In this document: positions 21,032 through 31,860 of the stretch, piece by piece
How positions within the stretch are numbered: the stretch's first letter is position 1
Layout of the letters: the number at the start of each line of letters is the position of its first letter
Assembly: GCF_000143415.4 (NCBI RefSeq)
Contig: NW_003314335.1
Span: forward strand, 808,655-872,654
Direction: 5' to 3'
DNA from: Selaginella moellendorffii
Lineage: Eukaryota > Plantae > Lycopodiophyta
Length of the DNA: 64,000 nucleotides
Made by a program: the position numbers and the translations under genes
The notes under the pieces: generated by a model
Database searches by the model: none
Told to the model about the DNA's origin: nothing
Seen by the model: only the letters and a program-made list of their open reading frames with translations

Positions 21032-21989
21032 GTTTGATAGAGTGGAGTTTATCAACAGGGCCAAGGCTCGCTTCCAGCGCGCAGACGAGCTCGAGCCTCC
21101 AATGCAACTTCTCACAAATGGTCGGTGTGACTTTCTTTACGCTTCTCTTTCGCTTTTATCCAAAAGAGAGCTTTCATCTCCTCGTTTTTGCAGACATGGT
21201 GGAAGGTACGTTCTGTCATTGTGCTTGGTGCTTGAACAGGAAAGTTAAACTCTTTGCTTCCTTTTTTTTTTGTTTCCTCTCCTTTCACAAGGAACTGTGC
21301 CACTTCCATCGAGATCGACAAAGTCACCAATTTTCGCGACAGAAGCCCAGGTCTTCTTTCCTGAGGTGTGTGTTTTCTTGCTAGCAATCGCCAGAGTTTA
21401 CCTGTGCATGCTTTTGCAGTCAATGGAGATGGTATGAGCCCCGAGAAGATGCGAAATGGGAGTATCGCTTCAAAGGCGTAAGCGAGAAAACTGGGAACAA
21501 ACTCTCCCAACTCTATCAGCCAGTGTAAGTCTTGTCGTAGTTTTCTTTCTTTTTAGTTAGTTCCAACGATGTTACTTGCAGTTTGAGGAGGAGGAGGAGG
21601 AGTGATGATCCAGCCGCTTTCAAATGTTCCACAAGGTTTGCACCACAGGACACACTCCAGCTTCACTGGGACGTGAGCGGTGCTTTCAGGCCGATCAGGG
21701 ATGGTCTAGAGATTCCCACGGGCTTCTTCCTGACGAGGAGGAGGAGCCCGGATGATCTCGCCCCATGATCCGTGGAGTAGCATCGACTGGCTCTGGCACG
21801 ACCCCAGTATCACCGAGAGTGTGATGACGAGCGTGAAGAGGATGCCGATGGTAAAGGTGGATAAAAATATATAAGCAAGAGACGTTGGAGTATAAAAGGT
21901 AAGGGTTAAATTTCCTTACAGAAAGAAGCAAGCTTTTGTTCCAGGGCATTTTGTTCCAGGAAAGCTCATATATGATTTCATTTCAGCTG

Positions 21990-22745
21990 CAGGTGAAGGA
22001 GTTGGAGGAGTTTGAGGAGCAGCAGAAGCTCCAACTCCAACTCAAGTACCTGAAAAGCCTTGTGGAGGTTTTAGGTGACATGTCTGTGCTATTCTACAAC
22101 GTGAGTTAAGCTCCTCTGAGGAGTTTTGAGCCTAGAAAAGTAGCTATAAGTATCAACTCAAATAATTCAAATAACGAAATATCAAGGCAGGGATTGAGGC
22201 AACATCACAAGGTATCTGGGCGTTAATGAAGCATGAGATGAAGGACAGTGAGAAGATGGCCCAAACGGCTGACAGGATTATCAGCATTCATGAAGAAACC
22301 CAACACAACGTACTATAAAATGTTTTAAACTTTTAATGTTAAAGTGTTATGCAGAAAATCCTTCTGGAGGAGATCCTGGCCCAAATGCAAAGGCAACTAA
22401 AAGACTTGGAGGAGTTAAAGCTGCAAGTGAAAACACATTTAAAGTTCTTTAAAATTTACACTTCTTTATTTGCTTTTTCAGACAGTGGACCCAAGGCATA
22501 CAACCTCTCAGCTGCGTCTAAAGGAAGTCATTGAGAGATTGACTACAACAAATGGAATTCTCAAAAATGTGACGCACTTGAAGCAGCTTCAAGACAAATA
22601 CTACGAAATTACAAGAGAGCTGCGGGGGTTTTATGCGTCTTGTCGTGCTGCTAAGAAAAAACGCACTCTTTGTAAGTATTTTTTAAGTTAATTGAGAGAT
22701 CTCTAACGTTTTTTTTTTTTTTTTCCTTTCAGAGTTAGAATGATA
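21990..22745 (+). pseudogene. Multi-exon coiled-coil gene or gene relic of unknown, probably lineage-specific family
   Basis: Short heptad-rich exons (VKELEEFEEQQKLQLQLKYL, ILLEEILAQMQRQLKDLEELK, VDPRHTTSQLRLKEVIE...RELRGFYASC) with GT-AG flanks. Homologous exon at 63230-63490 (+) and 63800-64000 (-). Confidence 0.5.
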
Positions 22746-22799
22746 TGTATTTCTGTTGTTTAATCTATCTATAACTATGTTTTTTTAAAGAGGCGCACT

Positions 22800-25700
22800 G
22801 GATCTCCAGCCGGGTTTCAGAACAAAAGAAAATTGGCCATCGCCTTAGTTGGCCGCCGAGCTTTCGAAGTTTCATTCTCGGGCAAAGAAACCGACAGAAG
22901 CGACGAGGGGAAGCAGTTCAGCACGCATGCCGTGCTTGAAGTTTCTCTTCAACATCATAGCAAGCTTATAAGATTACATTCGACTGTAAGTTTTCCTCGT
23001 TTTGCTTTATTTCTTTTACTTGTTAAGGTTACTGTCCCGAATCTGCCTCTGTTCCTATGGAAGTTCGTCTGGAAATACCTTTCGGCATTGCTCCGAAGGT
23101 GAGGCCATTATTTTCGTTCTTTGAAACCTGATTGTTTCTTTTTGTTTCCAGACAATGAACCCGATTCTTCCCAGTGAAGTCATCCCGCTCCCTGTTCATC
23201 TGGCAGAAACAGGCCGCATTAGCTGGCGTCCCTCCAATAAAGATTATCTTTGGAGCGAAGCACAACCTTTGTCGAAAGTTGATGTCGACGAACTATCCCT
23301 CGGCGTCACAGCGACCGTTTGTCTGCTATCCATCTCGGCCCAGCCAAGGTCCATTCCGCTGTTGCGTCAGTGTGGAGGAGACGGAAGTGTCGGCTGCAAT
23401 ATATGCTTCAAAGTCTTCGTCAGACAAGCTTCAAGTAACCTCAGAGATGGAAGATGTGGAACGTTTTGCTTCAGGCTCCGCTTGTTATATGAATTGTCTT
23501 CCATGTGCCATGGACGTGATCGTCGAAAGGGGTGCTGGAGTGAATGCTCATACGTCCATCCCGAAGGTATGTTTTGACTTTTACAAGCTTAAATGATATA
23601 ACATTTGCTGGTAAAAACTCCAGGGCGATTCTGGCTTCTTTTACGAGGTGGACGTCGTGCATGACCTGAACAAAAAAAGCTACTATCTTAGCTTCTTACC
23701 TAGAACTGTAAAGTTCGAACGCGCTGCATCTAGAGATAGAGGGGAAAGAACAGAAAGGCCTGTCGACGATGAAATGACCGTCTTTGATCCCGGAAATCCT
23801 TCAGGTGAATTTTATGTTTGTATCCTTTTCTTGGTCTAACTTATTGTATTGGTCAGGTCTTCCCGTTTATGCACGGGTTGATAAGGTGACGGAAGCGGGG
23901 CACGCAGACTCTCTTTGATCGTTCCTTACTGCAGCGGGTTGAACTTATCTTTTCTGGACGGGGATGTGGACGTACATGTCGCCGAAGAGCAGAGCCTGAT
24001 ACATACAGCAACCGGAGGCACAGGCAGCTGCGACGGAAGCTCAGGGTATACAGCCACTTATCGCGACTTCCACTGGCCGAATGCTCTCGTACTTGCCTTC
24101 GTGCAAAACTATTACTCCAGCGACACAAACATCACCAGTAGCCGCTGACAGTCATTGCAATGATTCCGTTCTGCCGCTTGCACGCATATATTCTCCAACT
24201 ACTCGCGAAGTTGGTGAAAGCAAAATGCTGGCCTGGAGTCTACCACACCATTTTGGTCGCAACCATTTCTACTCGAACCACCTGGTGGGAATACTTCTAT
24301 AGACATTCCCAAACCGACTGGTAAAGGGGCATACGTTGTTTCGATCACCTCTATCCCTGCAATGGGAAGCTGTTCAGGGAAAACTAAAACCGTAACTTTC
24401 AGGCCAAGGTAAACCAGGCATAATCTCATTATCACGTCAACTCTAATGTTTTTTCTTTTTCAGATTTGTTCTGGCAAACACATCTCGACAAGATATCTGT
24501 TTTAAGCAGCAAGGCACTGATATTTTTTATCCCCTAGCTGTTGGACAAAACATTAACGTCCACTGGAGTGATACAACCAGGTCATAACATTTTGCAGTGT
24601 AGATGGAAACTTATCATTTTTTTCTTGTGCAGAACTCTCCTGTTGCCTTTGCGGGAGCACGGCTGGGATTGGTCTGGCGGATTTTCACTTGATCGGCTTG
24701 GAGATACCCAAGTTAAAGTTTACAACCATTTGACTGGTGAAAGAGATGCTTCGGGTGGTGGTCAGCGACGCAAATGCTGCGGGTGACAGCATTGGTTCGG
24801 GAAATGACAGGCTCGGGACGTTCTATATCATCGTGACAAATGATGAAACAGGTTCATGCCTTATCGAATCGACAACTTTTCGAAGGAGGTTTTTATGCTG
24901 GCTTCTTTCGTGTTTAGCTGTGTTTACGTTCTCTGTTTTTATATCAGAAGCTGAGATTCTACCACAAGAAGTGCCAGAAAACTGAGAACGTGCTGCAGCC
25001 TTATAGTTCACGTGACTATACTTGGGATGAGCCTTGCCTGCCTCCACATCTTGTCATCGAGGTAAACCTTTCTAGTCTTCACGTTTAGTATCTCTCTCAG
25101 CATTCCCGTTGTAGGTTCCAGACGAAGGAACTCTTGGAACATATCCACTGGACGTTGTCAAGTCTTATCCGTCCATCCAGTTGGACAGGTTTGTAATACA
25201 ATTTAATATCACTGTTTGCGATCAAATGGTTCGTGTGGGATTTTACAAAAACGAGAGGGCCGTTTTGTTGTTACTTTGCATGCAAAGAGTAAGCAATTTT
25301 GTAATATCCATCTATTCATTTGACTTGCATTTATCAGGTCCTTAGCGTTGTCGACTTACTTCTCCATACCGGACTTACGAATGCTAAATCCTCGCATAGT
25401 AGAATCTCTCAGAGATTCCAGAAAGGGTTCTTCGCAAGATTGTTCCTTGAAACTGGCATCTAGTGCAACCACGCTTGTCAGGTACTGCTCTATGTGTATC
25501 GTTGCTGATTATGACTCGAAAATCATTGGCAGGAACTTGCGTTGGCATCAGCAAGAGGCTTTGAGTTGCAGTTTTTCCAAACTCAGCAGAAGATGAAAAT
25601 GTAAATCGGATTGCTCCAAGTCGACAACGAACTCCGCCATGCCATTTATCCCGTCCTACTTTCTACCGCGAAGTCTTCGGGCATCTTGATGAGAGGCATA

Positions 25701-26870
25701 ATAAGCAGTGAATGGAACTCGTCTCGACAGTTAGCACAGGAGAAGAGCGAGAACCCGCACTCTGCTATTGTCTCAAAATGCAGGCATCCAATCGGCGCGG
25801 TTCATTGCTACCAATGCATCTACTTGAGGTATTGAGTTGTGCGATCCTTGTGATATCTCTCACAATGTGTTATCTTACAGCATTGCTCCATTGCGTCTAC
25901 AGTTGGAAGAACGCAACTTAACCTACCTGTTGGGACTTTTCAAAGGTCTTTTTGTTGGAGGGTCTACTACGGGAACCGAGAAATCTATGTCTTTCAAGTT
26001 ACAGCGCTCCGGATGGGGTAGTTCTTCAAACGTTCTGAGCAGCTTGAGATTCGTCGAGACGATGGAACCAAACATGGCCCTATAATTGCGCAGTAGAGCC
26101 TGCGAAAGGTCCGACACAGAAGCTCATCATCTCTGTTAAGCAGAGGAGGAAGGTCTACGTTGAGGCTTTTCATATCGACCCGCTGGAGCTTATTGTGAGG
26201 TAAAAACACTGAGATTCTTTGCAAGTTGAACATTGTTTTTGAAAGTTCCCTTTTCTTATGTGCAGCTTTTCAAGCATTCCCTGGCTTCCGAAGGAGAGCC
26301 GTGGTGTAGCTGCACAGTCCCTGCTTTGGGTGACAGGATCGTTGGTACAGGTATTCTCTTTTGTTTTCGTGCTGTAAAGCAAGCATGTTTAACTCTTACA
26401 ATCCCACAGAGACGTCTGATAGCTTTGGCCGATGTGGAAGGAGCACATTCGTCTTCGTCATTTAACGTTGGCACATCCCATGGCCAATTGGAACTCAATC
26501 CTAGGAATCATACAGCGTCACTATACTCGCCAGCTGCTTCACGAACTCTACAAGGTTTGTGTTCTCTTTTCTTTGTTGCTAGGTTCTGTTTCATATGTTG
26601 CATTCTTCCAGGTTCTTGGCTTGGGTGTTACAGTAGGAACGAGGAGTTTGTTTAGTTTTTGCATTTAGCAAGGCGGCCACGCAAATGAGCAAGGCAGCTC
26701 GCAGGGTTCGTGGTTTTGTCCTTGCTTAACTGTTTCTTACGTTACCGATCATTTGTTACAGGGAATGGTGAGACTACATGAACGAAGGCGAGAACCAGTG
26801 ACCTCGTGACAGCAGCATTGTCAACGATCTCCTGGAGGGATTGACAGGTCTACTCCACTCCTCCGTTGGA
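22800..26870 (+). pseudogene. VPS13: 5'-truncated, frameshifted VPS13 (VPS13X-like) fragment: VAB/SHR-binding, APT1 and C-terminal region
   Basis: GKTKTVTFRPR|FVLAN, GWDWSGGFSLDRLGDTQVK, PYRIDNFS, YTWDEPC, LQVDNELRHAIYPVLLS, LIALADVEGA/RLRHLTLAHPMA.W.SI..II.RHYTRQLLHELYKV. Introns are retained. Several frameshifts (e.g. ~26447) and deletions. Confidence 0.82.
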
Positions 26871-27220
26871 AAAAATCTCGGCAATTTTGAGCGACCATCT
26901 CGTAACAGGAACGGCTTGAAGAAATATCGTGGAGTATGAGAACCTGATTGGTCTTATGGCCCTCTCAAGCTGGATTGCCTGGGGCGTTCCTGGAAAACAA
27001 AAAATCTGCGAATAAATCTCCTCTCCAGGATAAGCTCCATATCCAAAATCTCTCTCGCACAGACTTCTTCTTGTGCTGTTGCTGTTCCGGCCTCGGGCCG
27101 AGAATTCTTCATCGTCCCAAACGAGCCTTTTCCACCCACATGAACTTTCCTTTTTGATTACCTTTTCATGTCTATAAGCTTTTCTGCATCAAGACTAGGG
27201 CTAAAGAAACAATCAAGGGT

Positions 27221-28609
27221 ATGGCGCTTGGGTTATGGTCCTTGCCAGAAGTGGACAAAGCATTACAAGAAATAGTAAGGCCCGATGAGCATCTGTATTC
27301 GGTAAAAGCTGATAGCTGGCTATGGTATTTGCCAGAAGTGGACAAAAAATTACAAGAAATACTAAGAGCCGATGAGCATCTGTATTCGGTAGAGGCTGAT
27401 AGATGGCCATGGTCTTTGCCAGAAGTGGACAAAGAATTACAAGGAATAGTAAGAGCCGATGAGCATCTGTATTCGGTAGGGGCTGATAGATGGCCATGGT
27501 CTTTGCCAGAAGTGGACAAAGAATTCGATGAGCATCCGTATTCGGTAGAGGATCACAAGCTACTTTACAAGCGCGTAGGCGAACTGGCAGCGGTGTTATC
27601 ATTAAAGAGATCGATGGACAAGCAAAGCGCGCTGGTGCGGTCCTTGGAGGCAATGGAGTTTAACAAGACAAGCATAAAGGACTTGTTCTCAGTGGAAAAG
27701 GAGCTGGGTAGGGGAGGCCAAGCAGTAGTCTACCAAATCAAAAGAAAGATTGATGGTCACTTGTTTGCTTGCAAGTCGACTAGAATCACAGACTATGATC
27801 TGAAGGAGCCCATCGACATTGATCTCCCACATGGAGATCCGGAGGAAGCAGAACTGGAGATCAGAGCACTCACAAGACTGTCCAAGAGCAAGGAAAAGAG
27901 TGGTGTGGTTCAACTGGTGGACGTTTTCAAGGACAAAGATTATTATCACTTTGTCATGGAGTTGTGCAGGGGCTCACTGAAAGACGTGTTGAGTGACAAG
28001 AAGAGGCTGAGTGAGCATGAGGCAGCCATAGTGATCAAAAAGGTGGCTAGGACTGTGGGCAAGATACACGACATGGGCATAGCTCACAGGGACATCAAGA
28101 CTGCCAACATCCTCCTAGGGTTTGAGGAGAAGTTGTTTGACGCTATAAAGTTAACTGACTTTGGACTGTCTTGGGTGAGCGAGGGGCCACAATCATTTAA
28201 AATGAGAGGCCAGGTCGGGACGGAGGTGTACAATGCCCCAGAGATGGTGGCTAATAAGGAGTATGACGAGATGGTGGATGCCTGGGGTGTGGGCATTGTC
28301 TTGTATGAGATCTTGTCCGGGGAGTTTATACTCCAGGGCGACTGGACAAACATCAGCGTCGAAGCCAAAGATCTCATTCTCCAGTTGCTCCACTTAGACC
28401 CAAGAAAGAGGCTGCCAGTCCACGAAGTTGAGAAGCATCCATGGGTCGTCAAGCATTCCGCGCTACAGCCAGAACTGTCCAGTTTGGTGCTGGGTAGCAA
28501 AGCCAACTTGGAGACGAAGGAGATGTTTTTGGAGCGGAGCTTGAAGCGAAGGCGAGGTGATCAGGAAGAAGCAGAGGAAAGTCCTGTGGCAAAAAAGGTT
28601 CTTGTTTAA
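27221..28609 (+). CDS. Intronless CAMK/CDPK-related Ser/Thr kinase lacking EF hands, with N-terminal 29-aa repeats
   Basis: ELGRGGQAVV, FACK, HRDIKTANILL, TDFG, VGTEVYNAPE, DAWGVG, W..IS.EAKDLI..LL..DP.KR...HPWV. Basic C-terminus (KRRR...AKKV). Confidence 0.88.
   Translation: MALGLWSLPEVDKALQEIVRPDEHLYSVKADSWLWYLPEVDKKLQEILRADEHLYSVEADRWPWSLPEVDKELQGIVRADEHLYSVGADRWPWSLPEVDKEFDEHPYSVEDHKLLYKRVGELAAVLSLKRSMDKQSALVRSLEAMEFNKTSIKDLFSVEKELGRGGQAVVYQIKRKIDGHLFACKSTRITDYDLKEPIDIDLPHGDPEEAELEIRALTRLSKSKEKSGVVQLVDVFKDKDYYHFVMELCRGSLKDVLSDKKRLSEHEAAIVIKKVARTVGKIHDMGIAHRDIKTANILLGFEEKLFDAIKLTDFGLSWVSEGPQSFKMRGQVGTEVYNAPEMVANKEYDEMVDAWGVGIVLYEILSGEFILQGDWTNISVEAKDLILQLLHLDPRKRLPVHEVEKHPWVVKHSALQPELSSLVLGSKANLETKEMFLERSLKRRRGDQEEAEESPVAKKVLV
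27234..27550 (+). repeat. 87-bp coding tandem repeat, 3 full copies plus 1 internally deleted copy
   Basis: Units start at 27234, 27321, 27408 and 27495, encoding W(S/Y)LPEVDK.LQ.I.R.DEHLYSV.AD.W. Confidence 0.92.
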
Positions 28610-30367
28610 AGACATCTGCAACTTTTAACAAAAAAAATTGGCTCCTTAAGAAAAAAGATTATATAAACTTAGGATTAAATAACTTATTTTTACCCTTAAG
28701 CATTAAAACAATGCTGTTTTCTGCATGCAAGTCTATGTCGCTAGGGATCTTCGTGCTTTGTCTAATGCAACTCAGGTGGCTTTTGAGCTGGCGCCATGGC
28801 CGCGGGCATGCGATGCTAGGTGTGTCTCTTTGTGTTTTGCAAATCACATCTAATCTCAAACAGCACTAGCGCTTACAGGGATCTCACAGTGTTGTGGATG
28901 TTTACAGCTCTGTGTTTTGCTTGCGTTGCTCACGGTGCTTGCGCAGTGCTAACTAAGCTCAGGCAGTATCTCACAGTTCTAGCCATAAGGTTTGTATTTG
29001 CTCTCTGCCGCTGCACACATCGCTTGCGTTTCGGTATGCCTACTTGCTGTTTTTTGTTTGCCACCCATTTCTTGCTTGGCACATTCTTTTGCAAGCTCTT
29101 GGCTTATCTTTTGAGCACGTATGACTGTGGCCAAGGTTTTTACTTGCGCACTAGCATGAGGTTTTTTCTCATGGCTGATGCATCATCGTGTATGTAGGAG
29201 CTTGAGGGTGAAGATTGATTGGTGGTCTTGCATCAGTTAGCATTGACGAGGATTGATCACGGCTGGCAACAAACACAATTTTTTTCTCATGGCCATCTCC
29301 ACTATGGGTGTTGCAGTAAGGTATGTGATTTTTTCATGATCTCTCATGTTGTACAGGTTTCAAAGAGTAAGAGGGTAAAGATCAATTGTAAACACAATTA
29401 TTTCTCCAAACTACATATTATATATAAGTAACAATAGTTTTTTGTTTGAGAGTTGTGAGTTGTAGTGACCATTTTTTTTTTTTTTTGTACATAGCATTGT
29501 CTCTTGTGATTGAAGTGAGCTTTTCTTTTGCACATGGCAATGAGTAACACTGTATGTGAATGATTATATCGAAAGCACACGCTTATGGTTTTTCTTTTCT
29601 TTTGAAACATAGATTTATATGGCTTTATGTTGTGGTGTTTTGAGCAATATATGGATACAAGGCAACAAACTGAGCAATTTGCTAGATTTTTCAAGACGTA
29701 CATAATAATCATGCAAATTATGCCAACACATCTTGGTGAACATCTATTGTTGGTACATCCTTAAGTACATATAAATTATAAGTTTTTCACTATTTACTTT
29801 TGAGTGCAAACCATAAACACACATTAGAGGTACACAATGTTTGGGCCAAACAAACACATTGTCTACATCATTTGTGGCAATATGAGTGAAACATTCTACA
29901 TTTGAATGAATTAATTAATGATTTTTCTTTCATTTTTGTTATAGGAGAAACATCCCCACTATGTTAAGGTAGTTAGAGAGAATTCTCTAATGATAACTTA
30001 TGGGTTGTGTAATGCAAAGAATGCAACTTAGTAGTCAACAATTACATGGATTTTACAATGCAACTCCTCCACTACCAATAGTGTTGTATCCAATTTCTAC
30101 AATATAAATAGAGTCATGTGAGATACCAATATCAATAATTCCGTGTAAATAGAAGCCCCAAAGTTCTATCTTACAATATATTATAAAAAAATAAAGTTCT
30201 ATCAAGACTATAAATTTGATGTAGTGTAAAAAATTATTATCAATACATCAAAATTATATAGGTGACTCCACACTGAAATACACATAGGGAATTAGTTCTA
30301 GTTGCCTCCAAAAAACATGCTTAAGGCAAATATGGCCCAACATAACTCTTATTACATTTTAACTAGC

Positions 30368-31860
30368 TATAGCATATATGGCTTTCACCCTTTACTTTAT
30401 GGTGGTTTACCATAAGAATAATCAATGAGATTAGATGGAATTAACATATAAGGCATAATAGTGAGGGTGTTTGGTAGACACGATAAGTTATTATATAGTG
30501 ATATTGAGGGATTAATCTCAATACACGAGCTAATGCAAGACAGATCAAAAGATAATTAAGAGTCAGGTTGAGTATGCTCAATAAGAAACACATAAGAATT
30601 TCTTACTGACATATACAACCTGACTCTTAGTTATCTTATAAGAGTTTCTACCTTATGTTTATCTGGCTAAGAATAAATGCTAAGCCCAGTTTACTAACAC
30701 TTGAATAAAAGGGATTGAAAAGAGAATTAACAATACCAATCTCTTGCTATTGTAGTAGTAAAAAGAGAATCTCTCTGTCTAATATAAATGCGTTACAACT
30801 AAAATACCTTCCAGTCGTCACTAATAAAGAAATGATTAACATAAGTCATTTTTGTTACTCTAACTGTCACCTAACTTACAAAGATGATATGCCCCTAGCT
30901 GCATGTAACATAAAAAAAGAAGCCAAAGTCCCCAACCCTTCTGAGAAAACAAATCAAATTTGTTAATACGATTTAGATAGATTACTGTAAATAAGTAGTT
31001 AAAATTGTTTACACAATCACACCCTTTTTATGGAATAAAGAACATTAAAAGAGAGGTAGGTGATGCGATCAATAAACAATAACTACCTTATAACTAAAGA
31101 TTTCACTATATACACGAAGTGTCAAATCCAATCTGTTAATGCTAGCCTAAACCCAAAGATTAAAAGATGGAAAATATAAAAGTCAGAGACAATGATATCT
31201 TAGAGACTTAATTATCAGTGAATAAATTTTATCTTAGAATACAAAAGTATTCCAATACAGTGATCATTTGATAAACTTGTATTATAGGAACCACCAAGAT
31301 CATTAAAGGTTAAAGTCATAGGATTAACCAATTAACAAAAGAAAACTAAATAATAAAGCTTAATTATCAAAGACTGTAAATAATATGCTAAATAATTTAT
31401 GAAAGACAGCTCAAAGAATATAAAGTATCATCAATTCACAAGCAAAATGTTCATCAATGTATCACCAAAAGGAAATAACATCCAAATTTATCAGAACTAG
31501 CCGTCAATCAACAAAACAAATAAAAAGAACAACAAATATTTATTTATGCCAACTATCACATTAGTGAAGCTAAACAAATCCCGGTAAATAATACTAAGAA
31601 ACTTAAGTTGCTTAAGCAAGTGTTAGGAATATCCTACTAATATAACATACCCAAAAAACTAATTCAGAGCAAATTATAAAGAACATGTAGTAATGCACTA
31701 AGCCAAAAGCCATTAAAGAGAACAAAATAACCATCATGAAAAATCATCAATCATCCCATTAATAAAGAGATGTATAATCATCATTGAAAAAATAATCGAC
31801 CATATTGAAAAATGACAAATTATTCAACACTAACAATAATCTAGCAAAAACTTTAACAAG
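30368..31860 (-). mobile_element. Old, AT-drifted relic of LTR family A (3' internal region plus deleted LTR), inverted
   Basis: The reverse complement aligns by eye with ~52050-53300 and with LTR segments 53450-53780 and the LTR end. Boundaries are approximate. Confidence 0.7.
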
